Below, piece by piece: positions 9,081 to 19,487 of a stretch of 37,056 nucleotides of DNA. Source of the DNA: Oopsacas minuta. Taxonomy: Eukaryota > Animalia > Porifera. The stretch's first letter is position 1, and every line of letters begins with the position of its first letter. Position numbers and translations under genes: made by a program. The notes beneath the pieces are model-generated. The model did no database searches. It was not told the DNA's origin and was given only the letters and a program-made list of their open reading frames with translations. The stretch is taken from positions 1-37,056 of the forward strand of contig JAKMXF010000305.1 in assembly GCA_024704765.1 (NCBI GenBank). Reading direction: 5' to 3'.

Positions 9081-11406
9081 CAGGTTTTTTTTAATAAGGA
9101 ACACCTTCATAAGGAACTCAGGCTGAGAATTAACGAAAGATTAGGGAACTCTTAGAAATTGCCCAGCCTGAGATTATAAAACCATAAATAATATACCTAT
9201 CATAGAATCATTTATTAATTTATCAAGAATAATTCAACATCGTCTATATCTTTCTTTGATATATAATCAATTGTATCATCTTCAAATACTACTTTAAACT
9301 AATCATGCCTACTGTTAAAATATTGGATCTTTCCAATAAACCACCCATTTTTATATAACCTTTTAACTTGTTTTCCAACGATTTCATGGTGAAAAATCCT
9401 ATCAGCTATATTGTCCTCAAATTCTTCACTCTCATCATCATCATCAATTAGAGGACTTTCAGTCTCGGGTTCAATATCTACAATTTCATTTGGTTCTGGG
9501 TTTTGCATGTCTGGAGCCACAGAGCCCGGTTCAATCATAGAGGGAGGAGGAATGTTGTAGTCAGGTAATCCTTCTGGTTGCACCAGGTTATCCTCAGTAC
9601 CAACAGCGGTCATGAAACCACCAGTTTTGCCATATCCGCAATCTGAGTGAATCGTACTCCGAAATTATCAATTTTTTATATGCTTCACTTACCCAATGAG
9701 TAAGCAAAATCCGCCGCTCTTTCCTGTTAAAACTTTGCGTGCTTTCATACCACTTGGTGGCATTGTCATCGGAGTCAAGCCACTCACTCATGATGCTTTT
9801 GGTTTAGGAAAACTTTCAGTAATTCAGCATATCCAGTATCTACCAGTTGTCAGATGTCAGTTGCATTAGGTAATCCATACCAGCAAACGGCATTTAAATC
9901 TGAAGCAGATTTCTTAAATTCATCAGATACTTGTGCTGATTAATTGTCGCAAAACTAGACAAAACGATCAATACTATGTTTAACTATGGGGGAGAGGGTA
10001 CGTTTTACCCATTTGACAGAAAATGCGGTATCTGCCCATGCGTTTTCTTGATAATGCACATCAATATACGGGTGCCATGCATTTTTTTCATCCTCACTTA
10101 TCCTTTTCCCTTTCCATTGGATGTAATTACAACTCGAGGCTGCTTCCCAGTTGGCTGAAAACAGACTTGGAGAGTGCACTGACGTTTGTCCAAGCCACTT
10201 CCAAGTTGGGATGTCCAAACTTTATGTTCACGATTGTTTGGGTTATTCTTTTCTAACATTTCATATGTTTTCTTTGTATTAATGACAAAGGGACAAGGAG
10301 ATTGATCAACATTAAATCGCTGCTCCGGTGCATACCTATCCCATTTGGAGTTATAAGAGTCTGCACATCCTGTCCTTATCAACCGTTCTCTTGTAGTAGC
10401 ATGCCATTGTTGCATCGGGAGACGAAAGTTCTCCTTACTTAACTTACGATTTCTCTGGCGGAAGCGTAATCTTAAATCATTTCGTTTGATAAAGTTCACG
10501 ATTACATGTTTCCTTACGATGGCATTTGGATCGTTCCTTTCTGACTGTATAGAATTCTAGCTTTTGACCATATCCAGTTGAATCAACTCGGTGTCCTTTA
10601 CTACGAGCTTCTAGGAAACCTTCCTTAGGTCCCTATATAATCCCGCGTATTTTGTCAAAGGTCTGATTTTCAAGAGTTTCTTATGGTCATTTGAAGCCGC
10701 CAACATTATCTTTCCCTTTTTCAAGTGCCACATAGATAACATTGATTTGCTGTTAGTTTGTTTCTGGCTAGTACCTTAGGTGATACCCCTACTTCAAGAT
10801 TTAAAACAATTTTCGCTTTGAACACTGAATTATACTGCCGTTCATTATCTTGACCACGGGATCTTTTAGCAGGTGGCTCAATTGAAATATCTTGTGTTTC
10901 AGATACTCCTAGCTGTAGTTCTAACTGAATAAACTTTCGAAACATGTTCGATTTCAGCTATACTACTAATAAGTGGGATGTTGTTTAGTTCGACATTGGT
11001 ACTTTCTGAGATATTACCGTGTTTACATTTTAGGTGTACCGTCAATCCTTGTTGATTTTTGAATTTGTCATCACAGTGGGGACATTCCAATTTAGGCTGT
11101 CCTGAACTGTCAAGTAGAATGATTTCGTTCCATACCCCACGGTGGCTAACGCGTTATATAGATCCAAAACTCCCAAATATTGGCTGTCTGTTAGCACACA
11201 CGTAAAAGCTAAATACCCATGTTACAATGTTAAAATGTAAATAATCAGTTAATTAAGTAATTGAATACGTAGGTACCTTCTTACGTAACAATATTTCGAG
11301 CCCTAGAAAATAAAGAACGGATAAGAAACTTTGAGGGTTAAATAGGCCAAAAAATACGGAACTTCAGCCTGAAGTTTGAATTGGGGTTCCTTATAAAAAA
11401 AAAGTG
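9081..11406 (-). mobile_element. pogo-superfamily (Passer/POGK-like) transposon, 2326 bp, defective
   Basis: TA on both sides (9079-9080, 11407-11408); imperfect TIRs CAGGTTTTTTTTAATAAGGAACACC and the inverse CACTTTTTTTTTATAAGGAACCCC; shared subterminal CAGGCTGA; pogo transposase inside. Confidence 0.9.
9215..11090 (-). pseudogene. pogo DD35D transposase pseudogene with N-terminal C2H2 finger and C-terminal Tudor-like segment
   Basis: CPHC-x12-HLKCKH; Brinker-like RQYNSVFKAKIV; CENP-B-type HTH region (NFIKRNDLRLR); DDE_1 motifs FNVDQSP, KRQCTLQVCF, QENAWAD, FCDN, QLVDTG with 35 residues counted between the second and third D; several in-frame stops and frameshifts. Confidence 0.88.
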
Positions 11407-11720
11407 TATTTATGCAAACAATAATGAAAGCTCTCACACAGCCGCTGCAACCAGAGAATTCCTTGCCGACAAGCCCATTCAAGTGCTTGACCATCCGCCA
11501 TATTCTCCTGACCTCGCACCTTGTGACTTCTTTACATTCGCAAAGGTCAAAGTTCTTGTCCGTGGTTACCGTTTTCATCTCCTAGTGAAGCTGTAGACCT
11601 CTATAAAGAACACCTACATACCCTAACCAAATCTTAATTGTGCGACATTATAGGAAGTGGTTTGATAGAATGAAAAAGTGTATACAAGCTATAGGTGAAT
11701 ACTTTGGGAAGATATCATAA
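11407..11720 (+). pseudogene. mariner 2 transposase pseudogene, 3' part
   Basis: NNESSHTAAATREFL..VLDHPPYSPDLAPCDFFTF..WFDRMKKCIQAIGEYF; continues the 5' part across the TA at 9079-9080/11407-11408. Confidence 0.9.
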
Positions 11721-11780
11721 TTTTAGTTCAATATCTTGCATACTTTTTATGTGGCTATAAACCTTCCGAGCGCCCTCGTA

Positions 11781-12143
11781 TCGTATGAAATTGTTGGTGA
11801 AGCTACGGCTAAGGTGATTACGATAAGAATATTTGAATTTTTTACATGGTTACGATTATGACTACAGTTCAAACAGTTCAGTCATATTAATATGATAATT
11901 AAACATGTGAATTTCGATCCGCATTGTTGTAATTGAATTTAAGCACAATTACAGCGGAGTACTACCCTGTTACTCACATTTTCTCAAATTCAAATAAAGA
12001 TCACCTAATTATTGCTTGATTACGATAGCGATTATAATTACAATCTAAGGGGAATTCTGATCACGATTACACCCTTATAGACACATTCGATTACGATTTC
12101 AGAAAATGTGTAATCATTATAATCGTAATAAGCCCCAACCCTG
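11781..12143 (-). mobile_element. hAT-type MITE rich in GATTAC/GTAATC motifs (copy 1, one end lost)
   Basis: Ends in AGCCCCAACCCTG, the inverse of CAGGGTTGGGGCT at 29662; many GATTAC-like repeats; similar to 29662-30014 in reverse orientation. Confidence 0.75.
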
Positions 12144-13489
12144 GTCTTTGGGTTCCTAGCAAGCACAGCTTCGCTATTCAATTTTTTCCTGATTCCCATA
12201 AAAATATACAACAGAATTTGAATCGCACTTTAGCTTATTAGAAGATCGTATGTAAGTAATATCATACACTAGCATGCGAATTTCTCTAAGGCCACATAGA
12301 GAAATTTTTCACCACAATGGTGTGCTCAAAACTTATACTAACAAGTATGCATCTACTGTAATATAATTTTCATCTATGGCGTAAGGGATTATCTAGGTTA
12401 GTGGTTCTCAACCTTTCTGGCCTTCACCACCCATGAAGTTCAACCTCCCTTTGGGCCCCCCACCCTCTCCTCAAATAATTTGAAATTTATTTTTTAAATT
12501 CAAATTAACTGTAATCAATGCGAACCTTGTAAATGCTCATTAGATGCTAATATTTCAATATCTGGACTATAACTTGATGCTGATATCCTTAAATCTTCTC
12601 TGAAGTCAAGTCGCCTGCCGTGTTTTGACCTAAGAAATTTGCTGAAGAAAACGTTTCTCACAAAAATATGTTATTGGAAATGAAAGCAAAAGCAATCTTT
12701 CAGCTGTTTTGAAAAGCTTTGGTGTTACCTCCTTCACTAAAAACCAGAATTTAGTTTTGTTAGCACAAGAATATCTAGCTTTTGCCTCTTCATTTGCCTG
12801 TAAATATAACAACTCCTCTACTAGTATGTTGTCTAAGTCCATCATATCTTCCAGTGACATATCCATCGGGATTAGCAGGTATTTAGGGATTGATGGAACG
12901 TCCGAAAAGCGATTGGAAAATCAGTAACTAGATTCATCAAATTTTTTCTACAAGGGGAGTAAAATTAAATTCAAGATGTGGTGAAAGAGAAAGAATTGCT
13001 TCTACACCACGGGTAACTGAAAAAACATTATGACAAAAAAATGAGGCCGTTGTGATTTTTCACTTTCTTATACAGAATTTTATGAGGAATCCGAATATAC
13101 ACTCCAAAATTTTTCCTACCATTAAAATTCTTTTTACAGATTATACAAAAATTGATGAAATCAAAAAAATTCTGGCTAAAATAATTGTAACATATCTCCA
13201 TTTTTAATATATTATCGTGATTCTTCGCTGATACACTTCTTTCTAGAATTCAATTTAATTACTAGTTACCTAATATAATTGATGTTTTTAACAAATTCCT
13301 ATCCAAAATGTCATTAGCATGGCAACAAAATGAAACGTAGGAATTTACGCAATAGTTTTCAATCTAGCTAAGTAGTACTTGTATGTTATTAGATTTAGGA
13401 TATATACGCGTAATTATCGATGCTTAACCATAACTTAACTAATTATTTTTATTCCTAATATAATGTAGAACATGACCTAGCTTACCATA

Positions 13490-16431
13490 CTATGATTTAT
13501 TTATGAAATTGACGAAATTAACATCTGATACTGTGTTTAATAAGCACTCTGGAAATTTTTCATTTTCCTCTTGACATTTATATCTTGTCTCCCAAACTCT
13601 GCCAAATCTAGAATGGGCAGATTCAAATGCTTGTTCTGAAACTGATCCTAAACCCATTCCATCTGGAAGATAATTCGTGATAAACGGAATTAGGTGCCTA
13701 CATAGAACATGAACTTTTGTAGAGCAAGAAAGTCCTGATTGTTTAAATGATTGTTCAAAATGATATACTGCCATTTTGAAATCTCCCTTTATGTGTTTCC
13801 CGAAGCAAGAATCAACAACATCCCTGAATTTTACAAGTGTGATATAAGACGAATTACTCTTTGGAAACTCAAGTTCCAATACCTCCTTTGTGATTTTCCT
13901 CATTACATTACCTTCAAATGCTCCTCCATGGTAAGCACTTCTATGAATATTCAGTTTTTAGTATTGCTTCATGGTGTTCTTTTTCGTCCTCTGACATTGT
14001 GATGAGGATGGCATCGTATAACTTCTGTCCTATCCCAAGTAACAGATGTAACTCGGGAAGATTAAACATTTGCATGAAATCTACCAACCATACATTCAGT
14101 GCTTGGTGATCCTCAATACCATCGCAGTCAATTGCATGATTCTTAGAATCTCCCTGATACATATCTTGAAGCTTTTGAAACATCTCTAGATGGTGAGCAG
14201 ATGATCGTTCTTCCCACTGAACACTGTCTAAACCCCTTCTATTGTCCCAAGTACACCATATACAAGGGTGACGTCAGTTCATTATTCCCAAGCAATAACT
14301 AGCAGCTTTCAAATCTACCGTAAATGAAACGTTGTATTCTTCCATCAGCCGTTTTATCTGGTCATCTTGAAGCATAACGAAGAAGTTATAATTACACTCA
14401 GGGGCACTCGTAACCCATTGATAAACCAGGTTATCGACAGAATTATCATTCTGTAGACACACAAGTAGTTTAGTGAAACCACGACCAAAGTCTAATCTAA
14501 GCTTGAAATGAAGATCATGTCCGATTTTTCTCCGCTGATATTAAAGATCTTTTCTATCAGGGCATCGATATTGCAACATCTCACTATCCATGAGTTCCTA
14601 TATTCTGACTTGTATTTCTCTTTACTATAGTCTAGCTCAATCTGGATGCATTCGAATATTTCGTCGCACAACAAATGTCGTTCTCTATAGTAGCTATCCA
14701 TTGATGGACACGGTACTCCAACATCTCTAATAATTCGAGTTACTACCTTTAACTGCTTATTAGACAATGACATTCCTGAACACTTCAAATTCGCGATGTG
14801 AGAGAAATCCATTTTTGGTACTTTAGCTGGACGTTCGTCAGTACTGGAAGAGGAGATAGAAAGATGAAACGGATTCCCACCTGAAGTTTTAGGCAAATGA
14901 ATTGAAGGTTTGTTGTAGCTACATACATGTAATCTTTGGTATACATTATCACCAACGAATGTATCAATAGCGTTATGGTGTTCCAACATATTATGTGCGT
15001 TGGTAATCAATGTGTTTTTCAAACAGATACAGTCAAGGGACAAAAGTATTCGACCACACAAATATATTGTCATAAATTGTATACTCTTTCCCGCTCCTAT
15101 ATATTGTGTAGTTTATATTCGTAGCTGCTATCTAGTAATTTGCATAGAATAACATATGTTTTTCAGGAATTTCAAAAAAAAATTTCGATTTACACTTTTT
15201 GAAGGTGTTAATTATTAATAATTATTAGATAATTATTGATAGTCAAAATATGTGGTAATTCAAAGCCTATTAAGAATCTATAATTTCTGACTTGATATTT
15301 GAATTCTACGTAGGCGAGTTACCCCAGATTGATATTTCCAATCGAATTGAACAACTTTTACCAAAGTTATAGAAGAATTCCAATTTGTGCCACCTTTTGC
15401 CCAAGGTGGCACAAGTGGCCGCTACCAAGAAGTTATTTTGTAATTCAAGGGTTAGCATAGTCATATCATTCGAAAATAGTACTTTGGCTTATTCCTCCTA
15501 ACCCTAGTTGATTTCCTTGTAGTGGCGCTTTTTCCTGCCACCTGTGCCACTTTTTCAAAAAGTGGCACAAGTGGGACAAATTGGAATTCTTCTATAACTT
15601 TAGTAAAAGTTGTTCAATTCGATTGGAAATTTCAATCTGGGGTAACTCGCCTACGTAGAATTCAAATATCAAGTCAGAAATTATAGATTCTTAATAGGCT
15701 TTGAATTACCACATATTTGATTATCAATAATTATCTAATAATTATTCATAATTAACACCTTCAGAAAGTGTAAATCGAAAATATTTTTTTGAAATTCTTG
15801 AAAACATACGTTATTCTATGGAAATTACTAGATAGCAGCTACGAATATAGACTACACAATATATTGGAGCGGGAAAGAGTATACAATTTATGACAATATA
15901 TTTGTGTGTTCGAATACTTTTGTCCCTTGACTGTATTTATGTGGTCGAATACTTTTGTCCCTTGACTGTATGACTAACTCCAGGACTAACACGACTCGCA
16001 CATTTGTTGCGTATCTTGATCATCTTTTGAGGTGAATTGATCATTGGTCTTCCTGGGTTTATATGGATTATCGAAGATGAAGCTTGATTCTTGCGACCTA
16101 ACCTTGAACTCTCGACACACATTGAACATAAGTTCCCAATGCGGCAGGTGTTTAAGCGCGTGTTACGAATTAAGGGCCAATCATATCGTGCGGGTGTTCT
16201 CCTCGTGGTATCCACTGAAGACAGAGTAAACAAGTAGAGCTTAAAAGTATTACACACGATATAAGGGCGATTATCTTCTAAGTTATTGATTGGTCCCAAA
16301 TATTGGTTGTATAATTCACCTAACTTAGTGTCCTTTAGGTGATTATTCCTCAAAACAATTTTGCCAACTTTCGAACAACACCAGCTACAAATTCTAGTTT
16401 TTGCATGTTCATGTTTCGTTTCTTCACTCAT
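13490..16431 (-). pseudogene. Chapaev-type transposase pseudogene (~665 aa after removing the MITE)
   Basis: N-terminal H..CSWC..D..P..C..W..C..CSMC..GRP zinc-finger region; putative catalytic LDFGRG, VDLK and SEQAFESAH; HPCIWC, ELHLLLGIG, YHGGAFEGN, KVHVLCRH. Disabled by one insertion, two frameshifts and one in-frame stop. Confidence 0.85.
15030..15968. mobile_element. Tc1/mariner-type foldback MITE, copy 1 (~370-bp TIRs), with a duplicated right terminus
   Basis: TA at 15028-15029 and 15969-15970; termini CAGTCAAGGGACAAAAGTATT; arms ~15030-15400 and ~15550-15933 are near-identical inverted repeats; a second right terminus ends at 15968. Confidence 0.93.
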
Positions 16432-19161
16432 TTGCTTGAAGTGAATTAATCAATAATTACACGTAAATATCCTAAATGTAATTTCATACAAGTACTACTT
16501 AGCTAGATTGAAAACTATTGTGTAAATTCCTACGTTTTTTCATTTTGTTGCCAAGCTAATGACATTTTGGATAGGAATTTGTTAAAAACATCAATTCTAT
16601 TAGGTAACTAGTAATTAAATTGAATTCCAGAAAGAAGTATATCAGCGAAGAATCACGATAATATATTAAAAATGGGGATATGCTAAAATCATTTTAGCCA
16701 GAATTTTTTGATTTCATAGACTTTTGTATAATCTGAAAAAAATTTTAATGGTAGGAAAAATTTTTGGAGTGTATATTCGAATTCCTCATAAAATTCTGTA
16801 TAAGAAAGTGAAAGAATCTCAAGGACCTCATTTTTTTGTCATAATGTTTTTTCAGTTACCCGTGACACGTGGGAACATGTTCCATTTGTTGCTCAGTATG
16901 CGTAAACGATGAATTTCGACTTATTTTGAAATGTAGTCACATTTTCTATAGCCGCTTGAAGAAAAATCCCATCTCCCTGCAACCTAAGATTACTCAGGTT
17001 GGAGTAAGAGAAGATTTCAGTAAGATAAGCTAATTTCAGTTTGAAATAGATCGATGAAATCTCTTCTGTCTTGAAGAAATGTTTCTGATCTAGAAATTCA
17101 CATAACTGATCATAAATAGAATATACTCTTTCAAGAGCTTTTCCTCTACTAAGCTAGCGTACTTCTGTGTGGAAAAGGAGGACGTCGTGTTCTGCTTCCG
17201 AATCTCCACATAGTTTTTTTAGTATACGTTCGATCAAAGGACTTGATTTGACAAAGTTCACAACTTTGATGACGAGGTTAAGTGTTTCATGAAGTTCAGG
17301 CTGGAGATTTTTAGCAGCTAACGCCTGTTTATGAAGCATACAATGGATAAAACTGCACTGCAGTACTTCCCTTTTCAAACATCCCCAGAATCCAGTATCT
17401 CTACCAGTCATATTTCGAGCTCCATCTGTGCTAACTAACAACTTGGCTTAAACTAATCTGATGTGAGTCAAAATAGGATCTAACCATCTTGAAGATATCT
17501 TGTCCAGTGCAACGACATTCAAAATAATCAACGAAAAGCAATTCTTCCTTTATGCAATCGTTATCGATGAAACGCATACAGACAATAAGAGTAGAGTCTG
17601 CTCCAAATGTTGATTCATCTAATTGACCGCTGATAGGAATATCCTTTATAAGCCGAATCAATTTATCTTCTAAATTCTCCTTTTATGTATTATTAGATAA
17701 CGGGATTTGTCTAGTTTCTCAGCTGCCGCACTTCCCAGAACATGCTTGGCACAAGTCAACAGTGATACTTGATTAGAGTTTCTGCATCTCTATAAGGTTT
17801 TTTAAGCTTTGCGATTAGAAAAGATACTTCATAGGATGCCAAATCACAACATCTCAAATTGGCAGACTGAGTGAAGAGAGAAAAAGATTTTAGTTGATTC
17901 GAATAAACTTTCTTTTTCTACGAAAAGTGCTCTATTGGCTACCCCACTTTTGTGGGATGTTTTGAAAATTGATGCACTTTTAAATGATGAGGCCTCATAG
18001 AATCATTCGCCAAGCATACATGGTAGGTCAAGCAAAGAGGTTTTAATGCGTCTGGACTAGAAATGAATCCAAACTGCAGATAAGAGGGATAATAATGTCG
18101 ATTTCTGCGTTTTGCATTTGTTTCGGACATAATCTTCTGATTGTATAATAAGGTCTTGCAATGATAGGATTGAAAATCAATTAATTTGGATACAGTTCTC
18201 TGTTGTATTTATGTAGATTGTAAAATGAAAATTGTATCGATCAGTAGGATGCCGTAATATTCACATTATTGGAATTCACACATCGATTACGTATGCACAA
18301 TTGAATACATAGTCTTTATTGTCATACAAAAGCAATTTATATTTGTCAGATGCATGACATCTTTTTCGAACCCTTACATTGTAGCGCTTACATAGTATTA
18401 ATTTGTATTTCTATAAGCTCATTATGCATTTAATGAGCGAAATTTCGCTAGAACATATCAGATTAAAACATTCCCAGCAATCTTTTCAGGATAATCTTAA
18501 CTATCATAGTCATAGCGTTATTTCAGGTATACTGTCATATGCCATTTAAAATATTCGCAGTATAGCCAGAATATGTAGTTGTATATTTAGTGGTGTTTAA
18601 ATAATTATGTTCTGTTGTATATCTATAGGAATATACTGAAAACTACCGTTTTCTGCATGAAATACATAATAATCCAAATAATGTATGCAAACTAATGCAA
18701 TGCTCCCATAAAAGTCATATTATTTATATTTCTGGAAGCATTAAGGGCCAATTATTTCTCAGAGGTCATGAGTTCATTCAAATAATCATATAAGAAGTTG
18801 AAAGCACTTCCTATTGATTCGTATGCCTTAGTTAGGCTTCCTAAAGCGTGTCAATATATAAAAACACAACAGGGGCGGATCCAGTATTTTCTTAGGGGGT
18901 CCATTCGCGAGTGTAGCGAGCGTTTCTGATGGGGGGTCTGGGCCCCCAGAAAAAATTGAATATTTAGACACTGAAATAGCGATCTAAAGACATTCATTCC
19001 TACAGCAAATAGAGAAATAATTTCAAATTTATTCTTCTTTTATTCATTATTTTTGGGACAGAAAATTCAATACCGCACTCAAGTTTGGGTTCCATTTTGT
19101 TTCTCGATATGTTGGAGGTACAAAGATAATCATACAAAATACTTTTATAACTATTGTGGTG

Positions 19162-19426
19162 CAGTAGACCCTCGCTAATCCGAACACCACTGTTCCGATT
19201 GCAAAATAATTCGTTAGGATTAGTGAAATGCATCAAAACAATACTATAGAATCTCGGCTCATTCTTTCGAAAGCTATACAAACGATAGAATAGCGTCCAA
19301 CATGGGTAGTATTAGATATTGATCTGTAGTAAGGTTGGATATGAATCGTCCATATTTTTTGAGTTTCAAACAATTTCCAAATATTGTAAAGCACTAGGCG
19401 CTGTTCGGATTAGTGAGGGTCTACTG
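19162..19426. mobile_element. pogo/Tigger-type MITE (265 bp) in the 3' non-coding part of the hAT
   Basis: 25-bp TIR CAGTAGACCCTC(G/A)CTAATCCGAACA with one mismatch; flanks TG and TA (decayed TA TSD). Confidence 0.9.
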
Positions 19427-19487
19427 TATATATAATCATTCCAAAGCAAATAACTCCAGTTTATCTATTTCCGTGAAACACTAGAGA

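Larger units (their letters stand above)
8205..11778 (+). mobile_element. mariner element 2, split by a 2.3-kb pogo insertion
   Basis: Right TIR GGCTATAAACCTTCCGAGCGCCCTCG+TA ends at 11778; partial left TIR TACGAGGGGCACTCGG at 8205; transposase halves on both sides of the insertion. The left boundary is less certain. Confidence 0.8.
13008..16864 (-). mobile_element. Chapaev-type (CMC/Transib-related) DNA transposon, 3857 bp, with ~415-bp TIRs and 4-bp TSD
   Basis: Termini CACGGGTAACTG...CAGTTACCCGTG; ACAC direct repeat at 13004-13007 and 16865-16868; long TIRs 13008-~13421 and ~16449-16864. CAC termini with a 4-bp TSD are the described Chapaev hallmarks. Confidence 0.85.
12399..18130 (-). 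mobile_element. hAT Buster/Charlie-type element (ZBED5/SCAND3-like transposase), split by the Chapaev insertion; 5' TIR not found
   Basis: TIR TAGTGGTTCTCAACC at 12399. Transposase motifs from 18130 to 12515: RHYYPSYLQFGF, QLDEST, STDGARNMTG, IHCMLHKQAL, LLFHTEVR, FW..PKL..A..LLSFPITYFCE, RLDFREDLR..QGSH*. The frame continues as PRVE across the ACAC TSD. Confidence 0.9.

Noticed and set aside
11790-12140. CRISPR-like or telomere-like array from the GATTAC repeats and GGGTTGGGG
   Set aside because: Repeats are 5-7 bp, irregularly spaced and bounded by hAT-type TIRs, so they are subterminal transposon motifs.
13008-13045. V(D)J RSS-like heptamer/nonamer at the Chapaev termini (CACGGGT ... ACAAAAAAA)
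   Set aside because: Only the CAC matches the heptamer well. The nonamer-like run is 18 bp from the heptamer at both ends, not 12 or 23, with no asymmetry. The TSD is 4 bp rather than the 5 bp of Transib/ProtoRAG.
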